Positions 35,346 to 45,171 of a stretch of 64,000 bases of DNA are shown in pieces. The DNA is from a virus (taxonomy: Duplodnaviria > Heunggongvirae > Uroviricota > Caudoviricetes), in the IMG/VR virus record IMGVR_UViG_3300032053_000031. One strand, given 5' to 3'. The position numbers were made by a program, and so were the translations under genes. The notes under the pieces are model-generated. The model searched no databases. It had not been told where the DNA came from and was given only the letters and a program-made list of their open reading frames with translations. Position 1 is the stretch's first letter, and every line of letters begins with the position of its first letter.

Positions 35346-35599
35346 TCATCGAATCCAGAGGAGATGGTACCGATCTTTGTTGTATGATACATCCTTTTGG
35401 GATATGTGTTAAGTGTAAACTCACTGTCTGTTTAGAACACTGGGGTGATGAAGTACGCAGAGAGCAAGGTCTGCTATCATTATCAATGTCTACCTTAAAC
35501 AGAGAAATAGGTATAGCTATTTGTCCTGAATGCAGTGTTGGTATGTGTCAGCTGGAATATTCAAAAGATTTCATCCCAAAGGACTTTAAAGTTAAATAA
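35342..35599 (+). CDS. LCC-family small Cys-rich protein (GDGTDLCC subgroup)
   Basis: MIIESRGDGTDLCCMIHPFGICVKCKLTVCLEHW; shares an identical 36-nt stretch with 40488. Confidence 0.65.
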   Translation: MIIESRGDGTDLCCMIHPFGICVKCKLTVCLEHWGDEVRREQGLLSLSMSTLNREIGIAICPECSVGMCQLEYSKDFIPKDFKVK

Positions 35600-35600
35600 C

Positions 35601-36719
35601 ATGCAAAACTTAAACGCTTACTTTATCGATCATATGTTCTGGGACTTCCCTAAGCTTCTTGAAGCTCATGCGGAAAGGAATCTGGTTAAGCTAAAGCAGT
35701 CCAAAAGGTTCCCTCATCTGTCTATACTTCATTATTCCGATGAGATAATCTACAGCAGAGCTACATGGACTCCCTTTGCGAAGGCGTGTCGAGGCGTTAT
35801 AATCGATCGGAAGAACAAGAAGATTCTAGCTAAGCCATTCTCTAAGTTCTTTAATTTAGGGGAAAAGGAAGCCCCTTCTATAAAGGATTTGGAAAAAAAG
35901 TCCGGATACACGGTTACCGAAAAGTTAGACGGCTCCATGATCATAGCCTACTATGATGAAGAAACCAATAAGTTTTATATGTCCACGAAGGGAGATCTTG
36001 ACTCTGAGCATGGTCAGTATGCAACGCCGTTGTTTCCTCCGCAGTTAATGGATAAGAAATTAATAACTTCTCATACTCTGATGTTCGAACTGATATGTAA
36101 AAAGTATCAGATCGTTATTCCTTATGATAAGAAAGGCTATGAAGAGGGGCTTTATCTTATTGGCATAAGAGAAAATACATCTGAGAAGTTATTCTCTCCC
36201 AAGGAAGTACAGGCCTTTGCGAAAGAATTTGGTCTGCGAACGTATAAGACGTACGACTATCCTACTCTCGATTCTATAGTCGAAGGAGTAAAGACTCTCC
36301 CCTTTACCGAAGAGGGCTTCGTTGTCAGATTCGATGGCGACGAGACTATGGTAAAGATAAAGTCACCTGAATATTTACGAGTACACAGGTTCGTTTCTAA
36401 TCTTACATCTCGCAACCTTTTAGATATCGTTATCGAAGGCGAAGAGAAAAATGTACTAGACAATCTATATCTAGTACCTGAAGAGTACCGTGAAGATGTT
36501 AGGAACGCTATAGAAGGCTATGTCAAGGATGCTTACATCTTTAGAAAAGAGTGTTACGACCTCTTTGCCAAAGCCCCTAAGGGGAGCAGAAAAGAATATG
36601 CTCTTTGGGTAGCTCATTCAACTCCTACGGACTATAAAAAGTTTTTGTTCAACATCTTTGATAACGAACCGATAGAACTAAAGGACATCTACATTCACTT
36701 CAGAAAGACAAAGCGATGA
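35601..36719 (+). CDS. ATP-dependent RNA/DNA ligase-family nucleotidyltransferase (Rnl2-like)
   Basis: Motif I KLDGS (KxDG); motif IV-like EGFVVR; motif V VKIKS; 372 aa; start is an internal Met of track ORF 35535..36719. Confidence 0.55.
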   Translation: MQNLNAYFIDHMFWDFPKLLEAHAERNLVKLKQSKRFPHLSILHYSDEIIYSRATWTPFAKACRGVIIDRKNKKILAKPFSKFFNLGEKEAPSIKDLEKKSGYTVTEKLDGSMIIAYYDEETNKFYMSTKGDLDSEHGQYATPLFPPQLMDKKLITSHTLMFELICKKYQIVIPYDKKGYEEGLYLIGIRENTSEKLFSPKEVQAFAKEFGLRTYKTYDYPTLDSIVEGVKTLPFTEEGFVVRFDGDETMVKIKSPEYLRVHRFVSNLTSRNLLDIVIEGEEKNVLDNLYLVPEEYREDVRNAIEGYVKDAYIFRKECYDLFAKAPKGSRKEYALWVAHSTPTDYKKFLFNIFDNEPIELKDIYIHFRKTKR

Positions 36720-37000
36720 ACAAGTGGAAAGATGATGGAACGGACTTATGTTGTCTTATGAGTCCGATACGTGTATGTTTAAATTGTGGAAGGAGATTTT
36801 GTAATATTCATTGGTGGGATCCACATAGAGAGAAGGAAGGACTACATACAATACCTCAACTAACAAAAGACTATTTTAGTCATAATAGTAACGACGTATT
36901 TAAGAATGATAACTACAGCTACTCCGTTATATGTCCAAATTGTCACTACCATGGAGATTCTTCCTTCTCTAAGAGGTTCAAATACGTTACGGAAAACTAA
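36716..37000 (+). CDS. LCC-family small Cys-rich protein (GDGTDLCC subgroup)
   Basis: MNKWKDDGTDLCCLMSPIRVCLNCGRRFCNIHW. Confidence 0.65.
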   Translation: MNKWKDDGTDLCCLMSPIRVCLNCGRRFCNIHWWDPHREKEGLHTIPQLTKDYFSHNSNDVFKNDNYSYSVICPNCHYHGDSSFSKRFKYVTEN

Positions 37001-37311
37001 TGAAAAACAACCTCTGCTGCCAAGTAAATCCTAAGAAGAAGTGTTTGTTCTGCAAAAAGATGGTCTGCGAAGAGCATGAGTTCTGTACAGACAAATGCAG
37101 CGCTTCCTACAATGAACGAGTAAGGGTTCGTGTTTCATATAGAAAGTGGAAGAGAATGTGTGAACTTCTTCAGAAAGGAATATCACCCAAAATAGTGCTT
37201 AGGTTGATACACTCCCAACTGGATAACGCACGTGCCTTTAAGTCTCAAAGAAATTCAGATTGGTCTCTAGAGAGTCTGGATTTAGTCTGTGAAGATCTCG
37301 GAGTGAAATAA
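37000..37311 (+). CDS. LCC-family small Cys-rich protein
   Basis: MKNNLCCQVNPKKKCLFCKKMVCEEHE. Confidence 0.65.
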   Translation: MKNNLCCQVNPKKKCLFCKKMVCEEHEFCTDKCSASYNERVRVRVSYRKWKRMCELLQKGISPKIVLRLIHSQLDNARAFKSQRNSDWSLESLDLVCEDLGVK

Positions 37312-37844
37312 TGAGTATAACACCTGAACAAATTAAGTTCGCAGAGTGTAATTACTTCGGGAAGAGAAACGTTGAGGAACTCTCTGCAGAGAGGGAATGT
37401 ATTAAAAGAAGTGAGCGCGTCATCAAAAGGTCATTGAAGAAACAAAAAATGTGTGAAACAAATATCGAAGAGATGAGTCGTCCAGAGTTCGTCGCAGAGA
37501 CGAAGAAAAAGATCGAGACTGTACTCGATGAAGCTGTTAAGATGGGTATTAAGATCCATGGTAAGAAAGATTTCTTTGGAGATAAGAGCATCTGGAATAT
37601 TGGAAATATAATGCTAGCTACCTATAATAAGGGCGAAGTTAATATACCTTTAGAAGGGGATTTGTTAGTCTCTAAGAAAGGAGAGGTAGCTCTTATTTTC
37701 ATAAAGGAAAGGAAAGAAGGGGGATACTACTACTATCGTCGTAGTGCACGTTCTGCAGGAGACTTTGTCATCTTTAGTTTTAACTATGCCAAAAAGCTTT
37801 CTGTTAGGAATAATGTTCTTCGATATCTAATGAAGAGGGATTAA
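37311..37844 (+). CDS. hypothetical protein
   Basis: 177-aa track ORF. Confidence 0.45.
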   Translation: MSITPEQIKFAECNYFGKRNVEELSAERECIKRSERVIKRSLKKQKMCETNIEEMSRPEFVAETKKKIETVLDEAVKMGIKIHGKKDFFGDKSIWNIGNIMLATYNKGEVNIPLEGDLLVSKKGEVALIFIKERKEGGYYYYRRSARSAGDFVIFSFNYAKKLSVRNNVLRYLMKRD

Positions 37845-38330
37845 ATGGAAAAGGCGATAGACGTAGTTATTTCTTCCGCTGTTCAGAATAATGAATATCT
37901 TCTTAAACGTAATAAGGAACAACTTATCTATTTAGAAAGTAGAGTTATCAGGATCAACAAGAGGATAGAGGGATGTAAGAAACATATAGAGGCCTTGGAG
38001 AAGCCGGAACTAACTTCCCTTCTTAAGGAGAGGGCTAAGAGGGTCTTTGATAAGGCTGCTAAAGAAGGTATAGAGTTAAAGGAGAAGATAGGATCTTCTC
38101 ATTTGTTTGATGGTACATATAAGAAAGACAACGTTAGTGTACAACTTCATTGTAACTTAAATGTAGACTGTGAAGATGGAATAGTTTCTTTAAGTTGTAC
38201 AGCGGTACTTCCTATTTCCAAGGAAAGATATTACCGACAACATAAAGAGGTATTTCGTATAACCGCTGGGAAGAACTTTATCTTTAAGAATCAAGTTCTT
38301 CAGTTTCTACTTGAAAGTGCAAGGACATGA
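37845..38330 (+). CDS. hypothetical coiled-coil protein
   Basis: 161-aa track ORF. Confidence 0.45.
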   Translation: MEKAIDVVISSAVQNNEYLLKRNKEQLIYLESRVIRINKRIEGCKKHIEALEKPELTSLLKERAKRVFDKAAKEGIELKEKIGSSHLFDGTYKKDNVSVQLHCNLNVDCEDGIVSLSCTAVLPISKERYYRQHKEVFRITAGKNFIFKNQVLQFLLESART

Positions 38331-38515
38331 CAAAATTAGAAATGACAATATTACTAGACAAGATTCTTAAAGAGAAACGACTCTGCTGTCTAGTAAAAGC
38401 CTATCTGAAATGTACTGGATGCAATGCAGTCATTTGTGAGGAATGTAATAAACCTGTCGTATATGTTCAAGGAAAATGTAACCCAGAACTGTGGCATGAT
38501 TGGAGGATGGTATGA
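38327..38515 (+). CDS. LCC-family small Cys-rich protein (LKEKRLCC subgroup)
   Basis: ...[30 protein letters not shown]. Confidence 0.6.
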   Translation: MTKLEMTILLDKILKEKRLCCLVKAYLKCTGCNAVICEECNKPVVYVQGKCNPELWHDWRMV

Positions 38516-38769
38516 TTTGCAATTGCAAGTACTGCAAAGTAGCCTCAGGTGTTCGTAGATATGATGTGAACAAAGAGTACGCGCACGAAGTAGCGCGCAT
38601 CCATCAATTTCGTTCAAAGTCTAAAGACGACGGACACTTCCGGCAATTGCTGATAACAAGAGCTGGAAGGTGCTCAGAGCCGAAGCTTCGTCGGTTTATT
38701 GGAGCTCTTGAGGATATGGGTCTTCCCGAAGTTTCGGGTTTTGTTAGAATGATAATGTTAAACAAATGA
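38500..38769 (+). CDS. hypothetical protein
   Basis: Track ORF; CNCKYCK. Confidence 0.4.
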   Translation: MEDGMICNCKYCKVASGVRRYDVNKEYAHEVARIHQFRSKSKDDGHFRQLLITRAGRCSEPKLRRFIGALEDMGLPEVSGFVRMIMLNK

Positions 38770-39005
38770 ATAATCTATGTTGTCTTGTGCATCCATTTGT
38801 TTGGTGTTACAAATGTCAGATGATACTCTGCTGGGAATGTTGGAGTAGAATCTACGGCGATATATTCAGGTCCAGTGATGATAATTGTGAACCCTCAATA
38901 CCTGGAGATATGCCAAGTGGCTATTGGTTTCATTCTAACTTTAGTCCCAATTGTTGGTTAAAGGGTAATGATATTGATGTGAATGAAAGTGGGAGAACTA
39001 AATGA
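38766..39005 (+). CDS. LCC-family small Cys-rich protein
   Basis: MNNLCCLVHPFVWCYKCQMILCWECW. Confidence 0.65.
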   Translation: MNNLCCLVHPFVWCYKCQMILCWECWSRIYGDIFRSSDDNCEPSIPGDMPSGYWFHSNFSPNCWLKGNDIDVNESGRTK

Positions 39006-40108
39006 CAATGTCAAACTGGCCCGTACTATATAAGCAAACAAGCACTGGAAAAGTACAACAGTGGAAGGTTTCCGTTGAAGAGAGTGTGGTCTTCACTGAA
39101 TATGGACTAGTAGATGGTAAACTTCAAACGACAGTTGATAGAGTTAAAGAAGGAAAGAACCTTGGAAGATCTAATGAGACCACTCCGGATTCTCAAGCTC
39201 TTCTTCAAGCTCAGCAGTGCTTCGACGGCAAGCTGAAAGAGGGCTACGTTGAGAATAAAGACGTAGCTGCGACGACAAAGAATACGCTTGATGCGATCGA
39301 GCCCATGTTAGCTCATCCCATTGAGAAGAAAGAAAAGTATGTAACCTATCCGGCTCTTGGCCAGCCGAAGTTAGATGGTCTTCGGTGTATCGCCATAATG
39401 AAGAATGGAAAGGTTCGATTATTCTCTAGGACGCAGAAGGAATATAAGACTCTTCCTCACATCATTGCTGAGATAGAGAAGTTGTTCGGAGGACATAAGA
39501 ATTTAATTCTCGACGGAGAACTATACAATCACAGTCTGAAGAAAGACTTTAACAAGATCACTTCTCTCATTAAAAGAGATGAGGTACATCCATCTCATAA
39601 AGATATTCAGTATCACATCTACGACGTAGTCGCTAAGGGTTCATATCCCGTAAGAACAAATCCACTTCAAGTCCTTTCCGGAGACTTCTGTAAGAAAGTC
39701 GAAACGGTCCTCATTGAGTCGAGGGTGGAGTTGGAAAAGTATCAAGCTCTGTGCGTCGAGAAAGGTTATGAAGGGTGTATGTACCGCCGCATGGACGCAG
39801 AGTATGAGCACAAGAGGAGCTCTGGACTTTTAAAGGTAAAGTCATTCGTTGACGCAGAGTTCAAAATAGTTGACATGGAGGAGGGTTGTGGTAAGCTGAT
39901 GGGTAAGGTTGGAGCTTTCTACTGTGAAATAGGTGGACAGCGATTTAAGGCGAAACCAGCCTGTACCGAAGAACAATCCCAGGACTATTGGATTCGCAAG
40001 ACTGATTGTATTGGTAAAATGGCTACTATCAAATATCAGAATCTAACTCCGGCAGGAATTCCTCGTTTTCCTATATTAAAGACTATAATAGATTATGATT
40101 ACAGATAA
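39002..40108 (+). CDS. ATP-dependent DNA ligase
   Basis: Motif I KLDGLR (KxDGxR); motif III ILDGELY; motif V LLKVK; 368 aa. Confidence 0.7.
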   Translation: MTMSNWPVLYKQTSTGKVQQWKVSVEESVVFTEYGLVDGKLQTTVDRVKEGKNLGRSNETTPDSQALLQAQQCFDGKLKEGYVENKDVAATTKNTLDAIEPMLAHPIEKKEKYVTYPALGQPKLDGLRCIAIMKNGKVRLFSRTQKEYKTLPHIIAEIEKLFGGHKNLILDGELYNHSLKKDFNKITSLIKRDEVHPSHKDIQYHIYDVVAKGSYPVRTNPLQVLSGDFCKKVETVLIESRVELEKYQALCVEKGYEGCMYRRMDAEYEHKRSSGLLKVKSFVDAEFKIVDMEEGCGKLMGKVGAFYCEIGGQRFKAKPACTEEQSQDYWIRKTDCIGKMATIKYQNLTPAGIPRFPILKTIIDYDYR

Positions 40109-40128
40109 ATACCGCCTCGGGTGCGACC

Positions 40129-40491
40129 ATGAATCAGTCACAGAACTTTAAAGAAACTATCTGTAAAGCCGTAGGACACAATCCTATTTCGGGACATCCC
40201 GGAATATGTGACAGATGTTTTAAAGTAGATGAGATACAAATAATTAAGGCTATAGCAGAATTTAGTAAGATAGATCTTCTTATAACAAAAGATTCTAGAC
40301 TAAAAGATCTGAAAGTAGATGGCATTGATTTTTTGGAAATTGTAATGGCTCTTGAGGAGTCATTAGACATTGAGATACCTGATGAAGCTTTTGGCATAGT
40401 CTTAGATGGAGACGTTGTTCCTGATTTGTCTGTTCAGGACATAGCTAATAGACTTAATAATCTAGTGGATAGCTGGAGGATATCCCAATGA
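40129..40491 (+). CDS. hypothetical protein (TICKxVGH motif)
   Basis: ETICKAVGHNPISGHPGICDRC; motif shared with 60162. Confidence 0.4.
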   Translation: MNQSQNFKETICKAVGHNPISGHPGICDRCFKVDEIQIIKAIAEFSKIDLLITKDSRLKDLKVDGIDFLEIVMALEESLDIEIPDEAFGIVLDGDVVPDLSVQDIANRLNNLVDSWRISQ

Positions 40492-40757
40492 AAGGAGATG
40501 GTACCGATCTTTGTTGTATGATACATCCCATTCGAAAGTGTATCTATTGTGGAATAGGCCATTGTAATGATCATTGGTGGGACTGTTGCCGAACTAGTCA
40601 AGGACTAAACATTCTACCGGGTCATGGAAGTAATTGTATTAAATGTGGGAAAGCTACTCCTTATAAAGCAATCAGTAGTGGTCTCACCTACAGTGTAGTA
40701 CATTCTCTTGTATGTCAGCAGCGGCAAGCGCAAGGATGGATCACAAATGACCAGTGA
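40488..40757 (+). CDS. LCC-family small Cys-rich protein (GDGTDLCC subgroup)
   Basis: MKGDGTDLCCMIHPIRKCIYCGIGHCNDHW. Confidence 0.65.
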   Translation: MKGDGTDLCCMIHPIRKCIYCGIGHCNDHWWDCCRTSQGLNILPGHGSNCIKCGKATPYKAISSGLTYSVVHSLVCQQRQAQGWITNDQ

Positions 40758-41253
40758 TGAAGCGGCGTCTTTAAGAAAGTGGGATAAGATAAAGTATATA
40801 GGACCTATCTACAAGAAGAATGGTGACTACCGCCACGCCTATACTACCGTTAAAAGAAGAGTAGTTCATGTAGCTAGACCTCCCTATATGCAAGCAGCAG
40901 CTCCAGAATTATCTAATATGTTACGCTTATGGATTGATATAAGTCCCCTCTATCTTGAAAGTATGTGGTTCAATCCTAAGGATTGGGAATTAGTAGAAAG
41001 ATGGGCTGTATCTAAAGATGTAGCATATGCCCGCAAGTATGTACCAAGAGCCATTAAGGGCTTAGTAAAAGCAGTCAAGGCACAACAAGAATCTTATAAA
41101 GGAAGGATCGACGAGTGGCTTAATAAGATATCTCTTCATGAGAAGATGCAAATACTTACAGGGCTTACTGCTGAGGAACGAAGAATATTTGATTTCATGT
41201 ACAGTGATGTAGAGGGGATGTTAAAAGAAAATGAAACTAACCAAGGAGAATAA
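40747..41253 (+). CDS. hypothetical protein
   Basis: Internal Met of track ORF 40708..41253. Confidence 0.4.
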   Translation: MTSDEAASLRKWDKIKYIGPIYKKNGDYRHAYTTVKRRVVHVARPPYMQAAAPELSNMLRLWIDISPLYLESMWFNPKDWELVERWAVSKDVAYARKYVPRAIKGLVKAVKAQQESYKGRIDEWLNKISLHEKMQILTGLTAEERRIFDFMYSDVEGMLKENETNQGE

Positions 41254-41367
41254 AATGTGGTACTTAGTTACTTTTGTAGCAGGGATGATAGCCGGAGGTG
41301 CAGTAATCTTCTTACGCGGTAAGATCATGAAGTCGGCCGCAGACGCTCTTAACAAAGCATCGGACAA

Positions 41368-41589
41368 ATGAAAAAGTGTCTGTCCTGTCTCGTGAAGCCT
41401 CATGTCACATGCTCTATATGTACAGAGAGATGGTGTAGACACTGTTGGGATCACGAAGGGGCCCCTCGACACTTTCCGGATGATCTCTGGGCCATCAACA
41501 TCTTGGACAGGAGTATTCACGGGGCAGTCGAATGGAAAGGAACAAACCCGTACATATTAGTTTTAAGGGAAGGAGATACGAAACGCTAG
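41368..41589 (+). CDS. LCC-family (CLxC variant) small Cys-rich protein
   Basis: MKKCLSCLVKPHVTCSICTERWCRHCW. Confidence 0.6.
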   Translation: MKKCLSCLVKPHVTCSICTERWCRHCWDHEGAPRHFPDDLWAINILDRSIHGAVEWKGTNPYILVLREGDTKR

Positions 41590-41665
41590 ACAACGAAGAC
41601 AATCCTAGGTCGTCTTCTAGAGCTAATGGTCCCCGTAAGGGCGTATCTTCTCCCCTTCTAATCTT

Positions 41666-41854
41666 ATGAATGAAAGAACACTACTTGCTAGAGTCTTAAA
41701 GGAAAAAAGACTGTGCTGCTACCTTCATCCTAAAGTAAGATGCACTGCATGTAATGTAATGCTCTGTGATGATTGTGATAAAGAAACAGGGCCAGAAGTA
41801 GGTTTTTGTAATGGAATTATTAAGCATCATTGGTCTTATTCTATGGAACTATAG
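41666..41854 (+). CDS. LCC-family small Cys-rich protein (LKEKRLCC subgroup)
   Basis: ...[30 protein letters not shown]. Confidence 0.6.
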   Translation: MNERTLLARVLKEKRLCCYLHPKVRCTACNVMLCDDCDKETGPEVGFCNGIIKHHWSYSMEL

Positions 41855-41862
41855 GAGGCGAA

Positions 41863-42471
41863 ATGGGTGTATTCATACCGCAGGTAATCGAGAAGTCAAA
41901 TCAGTCTTCGGTAATCGGTTATGATATTTATTCCCGATTACTTAAGGACCGTATCATCTTCGTAGGAGGTTATGAAGGAGAGATAGCGACGGACTCAGCT
42001 AATAGCTTAATCGCTCAGCTTCTCTATTTAGATGCAGAGGATTCTGGTAGGGATATCAACCTCTACATTAATAGTCCAGGAGGTATGGTAACCGCTGGTC
42101 TTGCGGTATATGATACCATGCAGTACATCAAGTCGCCTATTACAACCATCTGCATGGGCATGGCGATGTCGTTCGGCGCGGTTCTTCTTGCTGCGGGAAC
42201 AAAGGGAAAGAGGTTCGCTCTTCCTCAGTCACGCATCATGATCCACCAGCCCTTAATCTATGGCGGCGGGATTTCTGGACAGGCTACAGAAATCGAGATC
42301 GAAGCGAACGAGATGAAGAAGACCAAGCAAATTCTCAATGGAATCATTGCTAAGCATACTGGACAGACTCCGGAGAAGGTAGAACATGACATGGAGAGAA
42401 ACTATTACATGTCTGCGGAAGAAGCCAAGGCATACGGCATCATTGACATAGTCTTAACGACACGGAAATAA
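41863..42471 (+). CDS. clpP: ClpP ATP-dependent protease proteolytic subunit
   Basis: GGAGG RBS then ATG 41863; catalytic Ser in [14 protein letters not shown]; catalytic His in MIHQP; overall ClpP fold signature. Confidence 0.85.
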   Translation: MGVFIPQVIEKSNQSSVIGYDIYSRLLKDRIIFVGGYEGEIATDSANSLIAQLLYLDAEDSGRDINLYINSPGGMVTAGLAVYDTMQYIKSPITTICMGMAMSFGAVLLAAGTKGKRFALPQSRIMIHQPLIYGGGISGQATEIEIEANEMKKTKQILNGIIAKHTGQTPEKVEHDMERNYYMSAEEAKAYGIIDIVLTTRK

Positions 42472-42527
42472 GTATCAGGGAGGTTAGCTCAACATAGGTT
42501 CTATCCCTATACCTCCCATACAATTTT

Positions 42528-42743
42528 ATGAAAGAGTGTCTAGCCTGTCTCATACATCCTATTGTCAAATGTAACGTCTGCGGGGAAAGATGGTGTGAAA
42601 AATGTTGGTACTCACGGAAATATCAAGATCATTTTCCAGGAGAAGATTCAAGTAAAGGAATGCATGGCCTAATGAAATGGGGCAAATCAGAGGAAGATGT
42701 TCTCACGGTAGAATTATTCGAAGAAATAAGGAAGGAAAAATAG
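42528..42743 (+). CDS. LCC-family (CLxC variant) small Cys-rich protein
   Basis: MKECLACLIHPIVKCNVCGERWCEKCW. Confidence 0.6.
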   Translation: MKECLACLIHPIVKCNVCGERWCEKCWYSRKYQDHFPGEDSSKGMHGLMKWGKSEEDVLTVELFEEIRKEK

Positions 42744-42744
42744 T

Positions 42745-43755
42745 ATGGCGACCTTCAAAGCTGAAGTAGTAAAAGTAGAAGTAACTAATCATCCGAATGC
42801 AGATCGCCTTGACTTAATCAAGGTAAAGGGCTGGCAGTGTGTCAGTCAGAAGGGTCAGTTCAAGACGGGCGATTTAGCAGTCTATCTACCTATCGATTCA
42901 GTATTACCCGAAGCATTAGTAAAGGCTCTCGGCATTGAAAAGATGTATCACAAGAAGCTTCGTACCATTAAGCTTCGTGGATCCATCTCTCAGGGGATAG
43001 TCGCCAAGTTAGACATCAATCCTTCATATCCTACAATGTACGAGGGCGGTGTCACTGAGGGTATTGACTTCACTCAAGATCTAGGTATCACTAAATGGGA
43101 AGAGCCCATCCCCGTGCAAATGAGGGGAAAGGTTAGGCAGACTGATCCTAACTTTATTCGTTATACGGACATTGAGAACTACAAGAACTACCCCAATTCT
43201 TATTCAGAAGGTATAATGGTAGTCGCAACGGAAAAGATACATGGAACTAACTTCCGAGTAGCTAACATAGATGGAGTGATCCATGTAGGTAGCCATCGGA
43301 TGGATCTCTGCGAGGAAGAAAACAATCTCTATTGGAGAGCTGCAGAAATTCTAAAGGCCAAAGAGAAGCTTCTTCCTGGAGAGCAAGTCTTTGCGGAGGT
43401 ATATGGTTCTGGTGTTCAAGATTTGAACTACGGATTAAAGAGTGGACAGATAAATGTTGCTATCTTTGATATTTGGAAGGACTCAAAGTTCTTAGACTAC
43501 ACTGACTACATACAATATCTTCTAGCTAAAGGCTGGCAAGATCTAGCGACACCTGTTGTCTACATGGGAGAATGGAATTTAGATCTTCCCAAGATGTCGG
43601 ATGGTCAATCAATTCTTTGTCCTGATCAAATTCGGGAAGGAATTGTTATTCGTCCAATGCAAGAAGCATGGAGTCCTTATTTAAACGGGAGACTTATTAT
43701 TAAATGTGTAAGTGACACTTACCTTTTAAGAAAAGAAGGAACAGAGAGGCACTAA
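42745..43755 (+). CDS. RNA ligase-family protein with N-terminal tRNA-binding-like OB domain (Rnl5/DraRnl-like)
   Basis: N-terminal OB-fold signature VVKVEVTNHPNADRLDLIKV...GDLAVYLP; nucleotidyltransferase motif I-like EKIHGTN (Kx[DHN]G). Confidence 0.5.
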   Translation: MATFKAEVVKVEVTNHPNADRLDLIKVKGWQCVSQKGQFKTGDLAVYLPIDSVLPEALVKALGIEKMYHKKLRTIKLRGSISQGIVAKLDINPSYPTMYEGGVTEGIDFTQDLGITKWEEPIPVQMRGKVRQTDPNFIRYTDIENYKNYPNSYSEGIMVVATEKIHGTNFRVANIDGVIHVGSHRMDLCEEENNLYWRAAEILKAKEKLLPGEQVFAEVYGSGVQDLNYGLKSGQINVAIFDIWKDSKFLDYTDYIQYLLAKGWQDLATPVVYMGEWNLDLPKMSDGQSILCPDQIREGIVIRPMQEAWSPYLNGRLIIKCVSDTYLLRKEGTERH

Positions 43756-43756
43756 A

Positions 43757-44731
43757 ATGTCCATGGAAGAATTTGGAAAAGATCTTGCTGGCAAAGAGGA
43801 GAACACCAAAGCTGCAGCTGCTACTCCTACTCCACCCCTTTTGGCTACAGTAGTTAATGATGGCCTTCAACAGTGGACTGCACACGGGGATTGTTATAAG
43901 GCAGTTGGTAAAACACAAGCTAAACTTCCAGCAGGTAGCTACTTACTGGGTGAGAATAATCAGGGGGAGATACTCTTCACTCGCAGAGAGATTGTGGTAG
44001 ATGAATTACTGGAATTTCCTGATTCAGTTAGCGCGGCTATACTTCAAGAGATTGATGACTTCTGGGCGAAAGGTTCTCTCTTCAAGGAGTATAAGTTCCT
44101 TCACCGCCGAGGTTATTTATTGTATGGTCCCGCTGGTGGAGGTAAAACTTGTATAGTACAATCTGTTATTCATAGAATTATATCTGCTGGAGATATAGTT
44201 TTATCAGGACAAATCCCCTGGCTTCTAACAAGAGCTTTAGTGGTTCTTCGAACAGTCGAGCCTCGTAGACGTGTCGTCTGCGTCTATGAAGACATAGATG
44301 CTATTCTAAAAGAGAGAGGAGAAGAAAGTCTCTTAGCCGTCTTGGATGGCGAAAATCAGATCGACAAAGTATTAAATATTGCTACGACAAACTATCCGGA
44401 ACGTTTGGATAAAAGGCTTGTAGCCCGTCCTCGTAGATTTGATAGGGTAATTAAAATAGGTATGCCGGGAGCTGCTGTAAGGGAATTATATCTCAAAAAG
44501 AAGCTAGGTATTGGTAACCCTGAATTAGACAAATGGGTAACTCATACAGAAGGATTTTCCTTTGCATCACTAGCTGAGTTAGTTATCAGCGTCAAGTGTT
44601 TAGGAAATGACTTTAGTCAAGTGGTTAAGATCCTCTCTGAGATGCAAACAAAGAAAGTATCTAGCGGAGAGTTTGATGCAATACCTGTAGGGGGATTCAA
44701 AGCTAATGGGGAAAAAATCCTTAGCAACTAA
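43757..44731 (+). CDS. AAA+ ATPase
   Basis: Walker A GPAGGGKT; Walker B VCVYEDIDA; 324 aa. Confidence 0.7.
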   Translation: MSMEEFGKDLAGKEENTKAAAATPTPPLLATVVNDGLQQWTAHGDCYKAVGKTQAKLPAGSYLLGENNQGEILFTRREIVVDELLEFPDSVSAAILQEIDDFWAKGSLFKEYKFLHRRGYLLYGPAGGGKTCIVQSVIHRIISAGDIVLSGQIPWLLTRALVVLRTVEPRRRVVCVYEDIDAILKERGEESLLAVLDGENQIDKVLNIATTNYPERLDKRLVARPRRFDRVIKIGMPGAAVRELYLKKKLGIGNPELDKWVTHTEGFSFASLAELVISVKCLGNDFSQVVKILSEMQTKKVSSGEFDAIPVGGFKANGEKILSN

Positions 44732-44969
44732 TTTATGTTGTCTCATACATGGAGACTCTTTAGATGGATTCTGCCCTCGATGTCCCAACTACGGAAAGAT
44801 ATTTTGTGAGGATCATAGCGACAGCTTCTGTCCGATATGTAAAGCATTACTCTATTCACGAGGGGCTAATCTGCGAGATATAGCATGTCAGACGACTCCT
44901 ACTATAAAAGATTGTAAGAATTGTGCAGTATGGAAACGTATTAAAAATGAAACTAAAAAACAACTGTAG
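44706..44969 (+). CDS. LCC-family small Cys-rich protein
   Basis: ...LATNLCCLIHGDSLDGFCPRCPNYGKIFCEDH. Confidence 0.6.
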   Translation: MGKKSLATNLCCLIHGDSLDGFCPRCPNYGKIFCEDHSDSFCPICKALLYSRGANLRDIACQTTPTIKDCKNCAVWKRIKNETKKQL

Positions 44970-45171
44970 ATATGCTACGTGTGAAAACGTTCCGAGATGT
45001 AGAAGAAAGAATCCGGACTATTGTCCTTATGACGGACATAGTGAAGATATAAGAGATGGGTGCAACCCATTCAAAGAGTATGAGTGGGAAGATCACTGCT
45101 GGATCTGCGACGAACACTATAGACTTTTAGAATTTATTCGTAACCATGTGAATGATGAAAAGGTAATATGA
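44923..45171 (+). CDS. hypothetical Cys-rich protein
   Basis: Track ORF. Confidence 0.35.
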   Translation: MQYGNVLKMKLKNNCRYATCENVPRCRRKNPDYCPYDGHSEDIRDGCNPFKEYEWEDHCWICDEHYRLLEFIRNHVNDEKVI

